A stretch of DNA of 64,000 nucleotides from an uncultured delta proteobacterium (GCA_963842085.1 CAWJET010000001.1:1312001-1376000), one strand, 5' to 3'. Counted from the stretch's first letter, positions 8,247-18,636 are shown. Numbers and translations are program-made. The notes: generated by a model not told the origin, from the sequence alone.

Positions 8247-10769
8247 ATGGGTCAAGTAGCTCGCGCCCTTGAGACGACGGATACATTCTCAAGCGGCGAC
8301 GACTCCGAAACCGGCCTCTCCGGCGCGGAAGCGGAACAGCGTTTCGCCGAATTCGGCCCCAACGAGCCCGTACCCGCGAAGATCGCGGGACCGCTTTTTC
8401 AATTCCTCCGTTTCTGCGCCAATCCCCTTGTCCTGATATTGCTGATCGCGAGCGCAACCTCTGCGTTTCTGGGACAGGTGATCGACGCGATCATCATTGC
8501 CGCAATGGTCGTGCTGAGCGTGGTGCTCAACTTTGTCCAGGCTTATCGCTCGGAAAGAGCAGTGCGGCGCCTCAGGGATCAGGTCGCGCCGACCGCGACC
8601 GTCAAGCGCGATGGAAACTGGATCGAACTTTCTCGCCGACAAATTGTGCCGGGCGATGTCGTGCGGCTCTCGGCCGGCGACTTGGTTCCGGCCGACGCCC
8701 GTTTACTACGAAGCCAGGATCTTCATGTTCAGCAGGCGGCTTTGACCGGTGAGTCGATGCCGGTGGAGAAGTACGTTGGCCAGGGAGAATCCGACACAAC
8801 CGGCGCGACCCGCCCTGACCTTGTCTTTCTGGGTACTTCGGTGGTGAGCGGCACCGCGACCGCGCTGGTGGTGGCGACCGGCCCGCGCACGAGCTTCGGC
8901 GATATCGCGGCTCGACTCTCCGAGCGTCCTCCTGAAACCGAATTCGACCGCGGCACGCGGCAGTTCGGGATGCTGATCATGAAGACCGTTTTTTTCCTCG
9001 TGCTGTTCATCCTGGTGGTCAGCATCGGGATGCATCGGAACGCGCTCGAGTCGCTGCTGTTTGCGGTCGCGCTCGCGGTAGGGCTGACCCCGGAGTTCCT
9101 GCCGATGATCACAACAGTCACGCTTTCGATGGGTGCGCTCAGAATGGCGCGCAGCAAAGTGATCGTGAAACACCTCGACGCGATCGAAAACCTCGGCAGC
9201 ATCGACCTGCTCTGCAGTGACAAGACCGGAACCTTGACCTCGGGCGCGATGGAGCTGGAGTCTTCGCTCGACCCGTTCGGAGAAGTTTGCGAACGCGCCT
9301 TGCTGCTCGGCTATCTGAACAGCCGCTTCGAATCTGGAATCAAAAGTCCGCTCGACGCCAGCATCCTGAAGCATCCAGCGCCGCCGAGCGTCGACAAGTG
9401 GGAGAAGACCGACGAGATTCCTTTCGATTTCGAGCGGCGCCGGCTCTCGATCGTCATCAGGAGGGACGGCGTCTGCACGCTCATAACGAAGGGCGCGCCG
9501 GAGGCAGTGCTGGCCGTGAGCACTTCGATCGAAGTCGGCGGCGAGTGCCGCGCGCTGGGAGAAGCGGACCGCAAGCGGTGCACAGAAACGTTCCGCCGGC
9601 TTAGCGCCGGCGGTTTGCGGGTGCTTGCCGTCGCTTATCGGCAGGTTGAGCGCGCCGAAGGCTGGAAGCGCGAGGACGAGCGTGACCTGGTGTTCGCGGG
9701 ATTCCTCACCTTTCTCGATCCTGCGGTTGAAGGAGTCGCGGATACCGTCGCCGCGCTGCGGGCGGACGGGGTCGGGATCAAGATTCTCACCGGCGACAAC
9801 GAACTGGTGACCCGGCATGTGTGCGAGCGGGTCGGAATCGACTGCACCCGGATCGTCTTGGGCGCCGAGCTGGAGCGCGTGACAGATCTGGCGCTGTTCC
9901 ACATCGCCGAGGAAGCCGATGTCTTCGCGCGGGTCTCACCCGGCCAGAAGAACCGGATCATACGCGCACTCAAAAAGCGCGGGCACGTCGTCGGTTTTCT
10001 TGGTGACGGAATCAACGACGCACCCTCCCTGCACGCCGCCGACGTCGGCATCTCCGTCGCAGGCGCCGTCGATGTGGCGCGCGACGCGGCGGATATCATT
10101 CTGCTGGAGCACGCACTGGATGTTCTGCACGGCGGGATCATCGAGGGTCGCAAGGCGTTCGGCAACGTCCTCAAATACATCCTGATGGGCACCAGTTCGA
10201 ATTTCGGCAATATGTTCAGCATGGCCGCGGCGACGCTGTTTCTTCCGTTCCTGCCGATGCTGCCGACGCAAATCCTGTTGAACAACTTCCTCTACGATCT
10301 CGCGCAGGTGACGATTCCAACCGACAATGTCGATCCGGTGTACATTCGGTCTCCGCAGAAATGGAACGTCAGGATCATTCGCAACTTCATGATAGCGATC
10401 GGGCCGCTCAGCTCGATCTTCGACTTCCTGACCTTCTATATCCTGCTGGCAATCTTTCGCTCGTCAGAAGCGTTCTTTCATACCGGATGGTTCGTCGAAT
10501 CGCTCGCGACCCAGACCTTGGTGCTGTTTGTGATTCGCACCGCGGGCAGACCATGGAGCAACCGCCCGAGCCTGCCACTGGCGACGACCACCATTGCGAT
10601 CGTGATCGCCGGCTTGACTCTGCCGTTCTCTCCACTGGCGGGAAGCCTCGGATTTGTACCATTGCCGGTTGCGTTCTTTCTTTTCCTCGCGGGCGCGGTC
10701 ATCACATACTTGATCCTTGTCGAGATAGTGAAAGCCAGGCTGGTGCGATCGTCTCTGCTGCGCGCGTAG
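8247..10769 (+). CDS. mgtA: Magnesium-translocating P-type ATPase
   Basis: TGES, VGLTPEFLPMI, DKTGTLT, PFDFERRR, GDGINDAP, SSNFGNMFS and FHTGWFVES motifs, typical of P3B ATPases. Confidence 0.9.
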   Translation: MGQVARALETTDTFSSGDDSETGLSGAEAEQRFAEFGPNEPVPAKIAGPLFQFLRFCANPLVLILLIASATSAFLGQVIDAIIIAAMVVLSVVLNFVQAYRSERAVRRLRDQVAPTATVKRDGNWIELSRRQIVPGDVVRLSAGDLVPADARLLRSQDLHVQQAALTGESMPVEKYVGQGESDTTGATRPDLVFLGTSVVSGTATALVVATGPRTSFGDIAARLSERPPETEFDRGTRQFGMLIMKTVFFLVLFILVVSIGMHRNALESLLFAVALAVGLTPEFLPMITTVTLSMGALRMARSKVIVKHLDAIENLGSIDLLCSDKTGTLTSGAMELESSLDPFGEVCERALLLGYLNSRFESGIKSPLDASILKHPAPPSVDKWEKTDEIPFDFERRRLSIVIRRDGVCTLITKGAPEAVLAVSTSIEVGGECRALGEADRKRCTETFRRLSAGGLRVLAVAYRQVERAEGWKREDERDLVFAGFLTFLDPAVEGVADTVAALRADGVGIKILTGDNELVTRHVCERVGIDCTRIVLGAELERVTDLALFHIAEEADVFARVSPGQKNRIIRALKKRGHVVGFLGDGINDAPSLHAADVGISVAGAVDVARDAADIILLEHALDVLHGGIIEGRKAFGNVLKYILMGTSSNFGNMFSMAAATLFLPFLPMLPTQILLNNFLYDLAQVTIPTDNVDPVYIRSPQKWNVRIIRNFMIAIGPLSSIFDFLTFYILLAIFRSSEAFFHTGWFVESLATQTLVLFVIRTAGRPWSNRPSLPLATTTIAIVIAGLTLPFSPLAGSLGFVPLPVAFFLFLAGAVITYLILVEIVKARLVRSSLLRA

Positions 10770-10959
10770 CGATCTGAACCGCAAAAGCGCCCTTATCGAG
10801 AGAACCTTCGAGACAGAAATCCTCAGACGACGGCCGCACAGTGGAACGTGAGGTTCTATACGTGCTAGGTCCTTCGACAAGCCTGCAACGCGCGGCACCG
10901 ACGTTGGCGGAGCACGGCTTTACGCTCCTCGCCGACCATTACTGGCCGGGGCGATAACC

Positions 10960-11616
10960 ATGGACAAGGAACGATCGGCGTTATTGGTAGTCGATGTCCA
11001 GCCGGACTTCATGCCGGGCGGTGCGCTACCGGTTGGTGGCGGCGACGAGATCGTCTCGCCCGTTGCGGAGTTGATGGAAGCCGAACTCTTCGGCCTGATT
11101 GTCGCCATTCAGGATTGGCATCCTCCTGAGCATGTCTCATTTGCGAGCAACCACCCCGGCCGCAAAGCCTTCGAGAAAATCGACCTGTACGGCCATGAGC
11201 AAATCCTATGGCCTGATCACTGTGTGCAGGGGACTCCGGGCGCTGACCTGCACCCTGGGATTCCATGGGCAAGGGCGGCTGCGATCGTTAGAAAAGCGAC
11301 GAGCGCGGCGGTCGATTCCTATAGCGCGCTTCGCAACAATTGGGATCCAAAAGGCAATCGACCGTCAACCGGCCTGGCCGGGTATTTGAAGGATCGCGCC
11401 ACCGAGGAAGTTTTCATCTGCGGCCTGGCTCGCGACTTTTGCGTCAGGTGGACAGCCGAAGACGCTCTCCAGGAAGGCTTCCGGGTCAATGTGATCTGGG
11501 ATCTCTGCCGCTCGATCGAGCCGCAGCACGACGAGCTGCTGCGCCGCGAGTTGGCCGGGCATGGCGTCCGGATCATTACCGCGCAGGAACTCCGCCATCG
11601 CGGCAAGACAGCGTGA
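10960..11616 (+). CDS. pncA: Nicotinamidase/pyrazinamidase
   Basis: VVDVQPDF, QDWHP, WPDHCVQGT, DSYSA and GLARDFCV motifs. Confidence 0.9.
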   Translation: MDKERSALLVVDVQPDFMPGGALPVGGGDEIVSPVAELMEAELFGLIVAIQDWHPPEHVSFASNHPGRKAFEKIDLYGHEQILWPDHCVQGTPGADLHPGIPWARAAAIVRKATSAAVDSYSALRNNWDPKGNRPSTGLAGYLKDRATEEVFICGLARDFCVRWTAEDALQEGFRVNVIWDLCRSIEPQHDELLRRELAGHGVRIITAQELRHRGKTA

Positions 11617-11617
11617 C

Positions 11618-13321
11618 ATGGATAACGACGAAGTCGCGAAGGTGCTCGACGAGACCGCCGATATGCTGGAGGTGGCGGGCGAGAATTTCTTTCGCGTGCG
11701 GGCCTACCGCAATGCGGCTCGGGCGATTCGCGATCAAACGGCGCAGGTCGCCGATCTAAGCCAGGAACAAATCGATGAGATTCCCGGCATTGGAGCCGAT
11801 CTGGCGGAAAAAATAGCGACCATCGCCGAGACCGGCGACCTGCCTTTGCACCACGATCTGTCCGCAAAGTTCCCGCCTCAGCTCCTCGAACTGAGAGATG
11901 TTCCAGGCCTGGGTCCGAAGCGACTAAAGCTCCTGATCGACCTGCTGCAGATTCGCGACCGGGATGATCTTGAAAAAGCCATCAAGTCCGAGGCACTGCG
12001 GAAAATCCGCGGCTTTGGATCGAAGATAGAGGATCGAATCCGGGAATCACTGGAACGGCGCGAGACCGGACAAGCCAAGCGAATGCTGTACGCGGAGGCG
12101 ACCCGGGTCGCCGCGCAAATCGAAGCCCATTTGAGAAAATGCGCGGCAATCCGGGAGTTTGAGCTGGCAGGCAGTTTTCGGCGGCGGCAGGAGACCATCG
12201 GCGATCTCGACGTGGTTGCTGCCGCCGCCGATTCCGCCCCGGTCATGGCGCATTTCACCGCCTTTCCCGGTATCGCCCGGGTAATCGGCTCGGGCGAGAC
12301 CAAGACCAGCGTTGTACTCAAAGGCGGTCTGCAAGTGGACTTGCGCGTGGTGCCGCCCAGGAGTTTCAGCGCGGCGCTCCTCTATTTCACCGGGTCCAAG
12401 TCCCACAACGTGCACCTGCGGCGCATCGCCCAAGGGCACGGACTCTTGCTCAACGAGTACGGCCTCTTCCGCGACGATGCTGTCATCGCCGGCAAGACCG
12501 AAGACGAGATCTACCGCGCCCTTGGGCTTCCGTGGGTACCGCCAGAGTTGCGCGAGGACCGCGGCGAAATAGAAGCGGCCGCGTCCGGCCAGCTGCCAAA
12601 ATTGGTTGAGCGGCGGGACCTTCGCGGCGACCTTCACACCCATTCGCTGTACACCGACGGACACGCATCGATTGAGCAAATGGCGCGTCAGGCTCGTGAG
12701 AACGGCCTCGAATATGTTGCAATTACCGATCACTCACGGCGGATAACGATGGCCCATGGCCTGGATCCTGCGCGCTTGCACGAGCAGCGGCGGGAGATCG
12801 AGCGAGTCAGGAAAAAGGTTTCCGGCATCTCACTGCTTCAAGGCATCGAGGTCGACATCCTGGACGATGGGGAGTTGGATTTGCCCGCCGACGCGCTGGC
12901 GGAACTCGACTGGGTGGTCGCGTCGGTCCATTACAAGCTCGAACAAAATCCCGCCGACATGACGCGCAGGGTGATCAAGGCGATTCGCAATCCCAACGTT
13001 GACGTAATTGGCCATCCGAGTGGCCGCTTGCTCGGGCATCGCGAACCCAGCAAGTTCGACTTCAGTGAAATCCTCCGCGTCGCCCGCGAGGAGGGCTGTG
13101 CGCTGGAAATCGATTCCCAGCCTGACAGACTGGACCTGACCGATACCGCGTGCCTTGCCGCAAAACGAGCCGGCGTCAAGGTTGTCATATCCAGCGACGC
13201 TCATTCGACTCGGGATTTCGCGCTGATCGAATACGGGATCAACCAGGCACGGCGCGGCTGGATCGAGAAGGACGACGTTCTCAACACACGACCGCTGAAG
13301 AACCTGCGACCGCGGCGCTGA
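11618..13321 (+). CDS. polX: DNA polymerase X / PHP 3'-5' exonuclease
   Basis: RAYRNAA, HhH GLGPK, GSFRR, GDLD, QVDLR and YFTGS motifs, followed by a PHP domain (DLHTHS, TDH, SDAH). Confidence 0.92.
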   Translation: MDNDEVAKVLDETADMLEVAGENFFRVRAYRNAARAIRDQTAQVADLSQEQIDEIPGIGADLAEKIATIAETGDLPLHHDLSAKFPPQLLELRDVPGLGPKRLKLLIDLLQIRDRDDLEKAIKSEALRKIRGFGSKIEDRIRESLERRETGQAKRMLYAEATRVAAQIEAHLRKCAAIREFELAGSFRRRQETIGDLDVVAAAADSAPVMAHFTAFPGIARVIGSGETKTSVVLKGGLQVDLRVVPPRSFSAALLYFTGSKSHNVHLRRIAQGHGLLLNEYGLFRDDAVIAGKTEDEIYRALGLPWVPPELREDRGEIEAAASGQLPKLVERRDLRGDLHTHSLYTDGHASIEQMARQARENGLEYVAITDHSRRITMAHGLDPARLHEQRREIERVRKKVSGISLLQGIEVDILDDGELDLPADALAELDWVVASVHYKLEQNPADMTRRVIKAIRNPNVDVIGHPSGRLLGHREPSKFDFSEILRVAREEGCALEIDSQPDRLDLTDTACLAAKRAGVKVVISSDAHSTRDFALIEYGINQARRGWIEKDDVLNTRPLKNLRPRR

Positions 13322-13401
13322 ATCGCGCTATATCGTTATACCGACGCCGCAACAACTGCCGGCCTGGTCTTAATAGATGGCGAGGTGGCCGGCCACGAAT
13401 T

Positions 13402-13620
13402 TCAGGTAGCTTCTTTCGACGCGCTAACGTTGGCGCTGCGCAAAACGGCCACCGCCCGATCCGCCGCTTCGTCGTCCGCAATGATCACCGCATATTTTGA
13501 AAGAAGCTTGGTCCCTGGGCGAAGCACGATCCGGGCATCCTGAAGCAGTCCTAGTGCTCGCACGAACATTTCCGCCAAATCTCCGACGCCGGTCCGAGAA
13601 TCGATGATAATTCTTGCCAT
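13402..13620 (-). CDS. Small hypothetical protein (possibly ACT/ferredoxin-like alpha/beta fold)
   Basis: About 72-aa ORF in an otherwise empty gap, with a GGAG RBS and protein-like composition. Confidence 0.5.
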   Translation of the reverse strand: MARIIIDSRTGVGDLAEMFVRALGLLQDARIVLRPGTKLLSKYAVIIADDEAADRAVAVLRSANVSASKEAT

Positions 13621-13898
13621 CACGTTGCTCCGATTCGTTCTGCTAGCGATTTCCTGGCAAGAAGGTGAAGGATACCCGAAAGAAATTGATTCTTGCTACG
13701 CGTGGCTGCCCAAACAACTCGTTCATCGTGACATCTTGATTAATTCCTGATGATCCAAAGATTGCCCGGACGGTGCTGACACCGGTCAACGCGGCTAGCT
13801 CAGCGCTGCAAGCAATTCGCGCCAAAGGCGCCTGTTCATTTGACAAAGCTGATGTCCGAAGTGTAAGCAGCCAACCCTCAGCAACTTGAGGCATCAGC

Positions 13899-15068
13899 AT
13901 GGTCGGAAGCTACTCGGTCCCAATCACAGCGGTAGCGATTCTTGCGTCCGCAATTCTGAGCGTCTGCTGGTATTCGGTGGATGCCCTGGGCCAACAGTCT
14001 AACGCTCCGATTGGTCAGCCCGGCAACCGGCCGCAACACGTATTCATTATTGTCCTGGAAAACGAAGGTTTCGAAAAGACCTTCGGCAGGAATTCTCCTG
14101 CGCCGTACCTTTCTCGCGAGCTAGCCGCAAAAGGGCTGCTCCTGACACAGTACTATGCGATCGGTCACTTCAGCCTCGATAACTACGTCGCGATGATTAG
14201 CGGACAAGGGCCCAACCCGTACACTCAGAATGACTGTTTCACTTACTATGAATTTCGTCCATTGACGGGAGACCTCGACCCCGATGGTCAGGCATTAGGC
14301 GCGGGATGCGTCTATCCGGACTCCGTCCTGACAATCGCGAATCAACTCGAGGCGAAGCACTTGACCTGGAAGGGGTACATGGAAGACATGCCTGAGAACT
14401 GCGCGCATCCGGTCCTCGGACAGCCCGATAATCATAGAAGAGCGAGCAAAGAGTCTCAGTACGCCACTCGGCACAATCCATTCGTCTACTTCCATTCGAT
14501 CATCGATCATCCGACGTGTGCGGAGCACGTGGTGCCGCTCGTACAACTCGACAATGACTTGAGCAGCGTCGCGAGCACGCCCAATCTCTCCTTCATCACG
14601 CCGAACCTGTGCCACGACGGTCATGATCGGGCATCCGCCCTGCGCGAAGGGGGCAAGCTGGTATCGGCAGATCGGTTTTTGCGTTCCCTGGTAACCAGGA
14701 TTCTGGATTCGCAGGCGTATCGGCAAGACGGCATGTTGATAATTACCTTCGACGAATCCGATATCGAAATCAAAGGCAACAAGGTTGTGCCGGATGAAAC
14801 AGATTCAACTTCCTGCTGCAATGAACCCACGGGTCCCAACACCGTCGCACCGGGTCGAACAGGACCGGGCGGCGGCAGAACCGGAGCGCTGATAATTTCG
14901 CCGTTCGTGAAGCCAGGCTGCGACGATCATCCTTACAATCACTACGCGCTGTTGCGCAGCCTGGAGGACCTCTTCGGTCTCAACCATCTTGGATTCGCTG
15001 CGCGGCCGGGACTAGCCGCCTTTGGCGACGATGTGTATCGCGGGACCGGGACGCCATGCGAGCGCTGA
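13899..15068 (+). CDS. Secreted phosphoesterase (acid phosphatase/phospholipase C superfamily)
   Basis: Signal peptide; HVFIIVLENE, SLDNYVAMISG, YATRHNPF, PNLCHDGHD, ITFDE and YNHYALLRSLED motifs. Confidence 0.85.
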   Translation: MVGSYSVPITAVAILASAILSVCWYSVDALGQQSNAPIGQPGNRPQHVFIIVLENEGFEKTFGRNSPAPYLSRELAAKGLLLTQYYAIGHFSLDNYVAMISGQGPNPYTQNDCFTYYEFRPLTGDLDPDGQALGAGCVYPDSVLTIANQLEAKHLTWKGYMEDMPENCAHPVLGQPDNHRRASKESQYATRHNPFVYFHSIIDHPTCAEHVVPLVQLDNDLSSVASTPNLSFITPNLCHDGHDRASALREGGKLVSADRFLRSLVTRILDSQAYRQDGMLIITFDESDIEIKGNKVVPDETDSTSCCNEPTGPNTVAPGRTGPGGGRTGALIISPFVKPGCDDHPYNHYALLRSLEDLFGLNHLGFAARPGLAAFGDDVYRGTGTPCER

Positions 15069-15095
15069 CGCATCGGCCCGGAACTGGAGGGCGAG

Positions 15096-15491
15096 TTATG
15101 CTCTGCGTCGTCCTTCCTGCGCGGCGATCAACACCGCGCCCGCCAGGACCACGAGCACGGCGGCATTGAAAGGCGCTCCCGGCACGGCCACCGGCAACGT
15201 CCGGTAGAAATACAGATTGACGACGCCGAGGAGAGTTTCCGCCATCTGCAGAACCAGTGCGAGCAAAACCAGATCGCGCCGCAACGCGAGCACGTAGAGC
15301 TGAAATCCGCCCGCCACGACCTGGTGAAATCCCATCAGCGCGAACAGGCTCAGGATGGTCTGCCGCGCAGTCGAAAGATCGAGCCCCGCGATCGAGTGAG
15401 CGCCGCCGTCGGGCGCGAAGGCATGGATACAGCCGCGTCCGAAATTCGTCAGCATCATCAGCGCCAGCACGACGCGCGGAACGTATCGCAT
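15096..15491 (-). CDS. Small multi-pass membrane protein of unknown function
   Basis: About 4 hydrophobic helices and an IHAFAPDGGAHSIAG motif. ATG lies just downstream of the DUF1330 gene stop. Confidence 0.65.
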   Translation of the reverse strand: MRYVPRVVLALMMLTNFGRGCIHAFAPDGGAHSIAGLDLSTARQTILSLFALMGFHQVVAGGFQLYVLALRRDLVLLALVLQMAETLLGVVNLYFYRTLPVAVPGAPFNAAVLVVLAGAVLIAAQEGRRRA

Positions 15492-15499
15492 CGCCGCCG

Positions 15500-15901
15500 T
15501 CACCGCTGCGAGACGCAGATCAGTAGCTGACCCTCGAGGCCGGCCGCGCGATGCACACCGACCTCGGCCACCTCGGGCGAGGTCGCGATCTTCACGAAGG
15601 CCGCCGCCGAGGGGTACTGAACGAGCGCCGCGATGTCCCAAAGCGATTCGCCGAGCGTAAGGTACTTCACGTCGCCGGCAAAGAGAAATTTTCCGCCGCC
15701 GCGCTCGACGATTTTCTGCATCCCCTCGGCGTAGATTCCGTAGGCCTGCGCTCCCGTGAGTTCGCTTTTGCGCCCGTCCGCGTACTTCGCCTTGGCGCGG
15801 AATTTGAGCAGGTTGAGCATCACGATCGGTTTGGGCGAGGGATCGTTGCGGAGTGCCTCGATCTGTTCGGCAGCCGGGTACACAGCATTTTCAACTTTCA
15901 T
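15500..15901 (-). CDS. DUF1330-family protein
   Basis: PIVMLNLLKFR, WDIAALVQYPS and HRAAGLEGQ motifs. AGGAG RBS. Confidence 0.8.
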   Translation of the reverse strand: MKVENAVYPAAEQIEALRNDPSPKPIVMLNLLKFRAKAKYADGRKSELTGAQAYGIYAEGMQKIVERGGGKFLFAGDVKYLTLGESLWDIAALVQYPSAAAFVKIATSPEVAEVGVHRAAGLEGQLLICVSQR

Positions 15902-15915
15902 GTTGAGTCTTTCTC

Positions 15916-16821
15916 CTAAAGGGTTCCGCGGATGAATTCGTCCAGCACGCGCGTCACTTCCTCAGGCTGGTCCTCCTGCAGGAAATGGCCCGCGCCGGTG
16001 ATTGTCACGTGGCGCCGTCCTTTTGCACCGGGCACGCGCTCCTGAAAAATCTTTTCACCGCCTTTGGTGACCGGATCGGAATCTGAAAAAGCCGTCAGGA
16101 AAGGCTTCTCGAACTTCTCGAGCGCCTCCCATGCTTTCTTGTTCTGCGCGACCGAGCCGTGCTGCGGCGTGATCGGCACGAGCGCGGGAAATATCCGCGC
16201 GCCCGCCTTGTACGACTCCTCGGGAAAGGGCGCGTTGTAGGTGGCGATCTCGGCGGACGAGAGCTTGCGCGTCGTGCCCATGTTCACGATGTCTCCGACC
16301 GGCAGCGTCGGAACCGTCTGGCTGAAGTTGAGCCACTGCTCGAAAGCCGGCGAAAAGCCGGCGCCGACCGGCAGGCCCGTATTTGCCGCCACCACGCGCG
16401 CGAACCGTTGCGGGAATGCCGCCACCAGCCGCAGGCCGATAAGCCCGCCCCAGTCCTGGCAGAAGAGCGTGACGTTGCTCAAGTCGAGCGCGGTCAGCCA
16501 ATCGCTCATCCAGCGGACGTGGCGTTCATAAGTGTAGTCGGAGCGCTCGGCCGGCTTGTCGGAGCGGCCGAAGCCGACCAGGTCGGGAGCGACCGCGCGA
16601 TGCCCTTTCGCCACGAGTCCCGCAGTCACCTTGCGATACAGGAAGCTCCACGACGGTTCGCCATGCATCAGCAGCACCGGCGCGGCGCTTGCCGGACCTT
16701 CGTCCAGATAGTGAATGCGCAGCGCAGTGCCGTCGGAATCCTTCACCTCGCGGTAGTGGGGCGCAAATGGAAAATCCGGCAGGTTGGCAAATCGATCATC
16801 GGGGGTTCTTAGAACTTTCAC
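15916..16821 (-). CDS. Haloalkane dehalogenase (alpha/beta hydrolase)
   Basis: [30 protein letters not shown], nucleophile elbow QDWGG and GAGHFLQED motifs. GTG start after GGAGG. Confidence 0.88.
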   Translation of the reverse strand: MKVLRTPDDRFANLPDFPFAPHYREVKDSDGTALRIHYLDEGPASAAPVLLMHGEPSWSFLYRKVTAGLVAKGHRAVAPDLVGFGRSDKPAERSDYTYERHVRWMSDWLTALDLSNVTLFCQDWGGLIGLRLVAAFPQRFARVVAANTGLPVGAGFSPAFEQWLNFSQTVPTLPVGDIVNMGTTRKLSSAEIATYNAPFPEESYKAGARIFPALVPITPQHGSVAQNKKAWEALEKFEKPFLTAFSDSDPVTKGGEKIFQERVPGAKGRRHVTITGAGHFLQEDQPEEVTRVLDEFIRGTL

Positions 16822-16867
16822 CGGTCGGCCTCCGTGTTCGAGCGTAGATTCAGCCGAACAAATATAT

Positions 16868-16884
16868 TGACACAACTAATGTCA
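16868..16884. promoter_or_regulatory. Putative operator, copy 1 (TGACA-N7-TGTCA)
   Basis: aatatatTGACAcaactaaTGTCAttt upstream of the dehalogenase gene. Confidence 0.7.
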
Positions 16885-16915
16885 TTTCTTCATGCCTTGA
16901 TCAAGGCGGACCGCG

Positions 16916-18580
16916 TCAGTTCGACCAGAAGACGTAGTCGTCGCCGGCGCTTTCCGGATAGGACAGCGGATGGTCGATATCGATCGGGCCTTCGAGCAGC
17001 GACGGCCACAGCGGCCTGGCCTGCTGACTGTCGATCTGATCGAGGACTTCCATCAGCTCCCGGACCTTCTGCGGATTGCTTTCAGCCAGGTCGTGATGCT
17101 CGGTGGGATCGTCCTTCAGATTGAAGAGCCAGGTCTTGTTCGGCTTGTCGTCGATCTGCAGCTTCCATTCGCCGTCGAGAATCGTCTTGTACGGACCCGA
17201 GCGCCAGAACAGCGTGCGATGAGGCGTGCCGGCTGCTGCGCCCTCGACAAAGGGCAGCACGTTCACGCTATCCATCACGCGATCCGACGGCACTGCCGCG
17301 CCGGCCGCTCCCGCCGCGGTCGAAAAGATGTCCACGTGAGCGACCGGGAGCGCGTAGGTCGTGCCGGCGCGGATTTTCGCCGGCCATTTGACGAAGAACG
17401 GCACGTGTATTCCGCCTTCGAAGAAGGTCGCCTTCCAGCCGCGATAGGGCCGATTGATGTCCGGCAGGCCGATATAGTTCGCGCCGCCGTTGTCGCTGGT
17501 GAAAAACACCAGCGTGTTTTGCTCCAGCTCGGTTTGTCGAAGCGCGTCGAGCACGTGGCCGACGTTGCGGTCGAGCGCGCGGACCATCGCGCCGTACACG
17601 CGCAGCCCGTGATCCTTGATCTGGGGCAGTGCGTCGTAGTCGGATTTGAGCGCCTGCAGCGGCGTGTGCGGCGCGTTGAATGCCAGGTAGATGAAGAAGG
17701 GGCGGTTGCGGTTCGCGTCGATCGCCTTCACCGCCTCGTCGCCCAGGTAGTCGGTCATGTATTCGGAGGGATAGAATCGCCGGCTGCCGTTATTGACGAC
17801 CGCGAATGACAGGTTCGCCCACAGAAATTTGTCGATCGGGTCAAAGTCCTGGTACGAGTTCTCGGCCGCTGGATCGTTCTCGCGCAGGTACATCGACGCG
17901 CCCGCCAGAAAGCCCAGCGATTCATCGAAGCCGCGCGCATTCGGAGCCGTCTCCGGCGTTTCGCCCAGATGCCACTTGCCGAGAAAGATCGTGCGATAGC
18001 CGCGCGTCTTCAAAAGCTGCGGCATCATGATCTCGCTGGTCGGCACCGCCTGCCGGGCAAGCGGCGGCACCTGGCTCACGCGCTCGGAATGAAAGATGGC
18101 CTTGCGAGGACCGTGCTGATAGTAAGTCGAGACCAGCTTCATGAATGCCACCGGCGCCGGCGTGAACTCGAAGCCAAAGCGCGTCGCGTAACGGCCGGTC
18201 ATGATCGCCGCGCGCGACGGCGCGCAGGTAGCGTCGCCGGCATAGCCGTTGCTGAACACCACGCCGTCGTGCGCAATCGAATCGATATTCGGCGTGGGGA
18301 CCGCGCCGCCGGCAACGCCACCGCCGTTGAGCGTGATGTCGTTGTAGCCGAGGTCGTCAGCCAGAATCAGAATTATATTAGGCGGGCGCTGGCCGGGAGC
18401 AGCCGCTGCGGTCGCCGGGCCCTGCTGCCATTCAACCGCGCGATTGGGCTGGATCGGATCGCGGATGCTCTGCAGCAGGCCGGGCAGGTAGTACCAGTAT
18501 TGCGAGAACAGATAGCCGCCGATCGCGAGCGCCGCGACCGCCGAGCCGAATGCGATTTTGCCGGTTCTGCCGATCTTCAT
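16916..18580 (-). CDS. Arylsulfatase-type (Cys/formylglycine) sulfatase with an N-terminal anchor
   Basis: ILADDLG, CAPSRAAIMTG, GKWHLG, APHTP, SDNG and KATFFEGGIHVP motifs. Confidence 0.92.
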   Translation of the reverse strand: MKIGRTGKIAFGSAVAALAIGGYLFSQYWYYLPGLLQSIRDPIQPNRAVEWQQGPATAAAAPGQRPPNIILILADDLGYNDITLNGGGVAGGAVPTPNIDSIAHDGVVFSNGYAGDATCAPSRAAIMTGRYATRFGFEFTPAPVAFMKLVSTYYQHGPRKAIFHSERVSQVPPLARQAVPTSEIMMPQLLKTRGYRTIFLGKWHLGETPETAPNARGFDESLGFLAGASMYLRENDPAAENSYQDFDPIDKFLWANLSFAVVNNGSRRFYPSEYMTDYLGDEAVKAIDANRNRPFFIYLAFNAPHTPLQALKSDYDALPQIKDHGLRVYGAMVRALDRNVGHVLDALRQTELEQNTLVFFTSDNGGANYIGLPDINRPYRGWKATFFEGGIHVPFFVKWPAKIRAGTTYALPVAHVDIFSTAAGAAGAAVPSDRVMDSVNVLPFVEGAAAGTPHRTLFWRSGPYKTILDGEWKLQIDDKPNKTWLFNLKDDPTEHHDLAESNPQKVRELMEVLDQIDSQQARPLWPSLLEGPIDIDHPLSYPESAGDDYVFWSN

Positions 18581-18636
18581 TGAACCCCCTCCGGGATTCC
18601 TCACGGGATTGCGGCCTTTCCAAGCGGCCGAGAATA

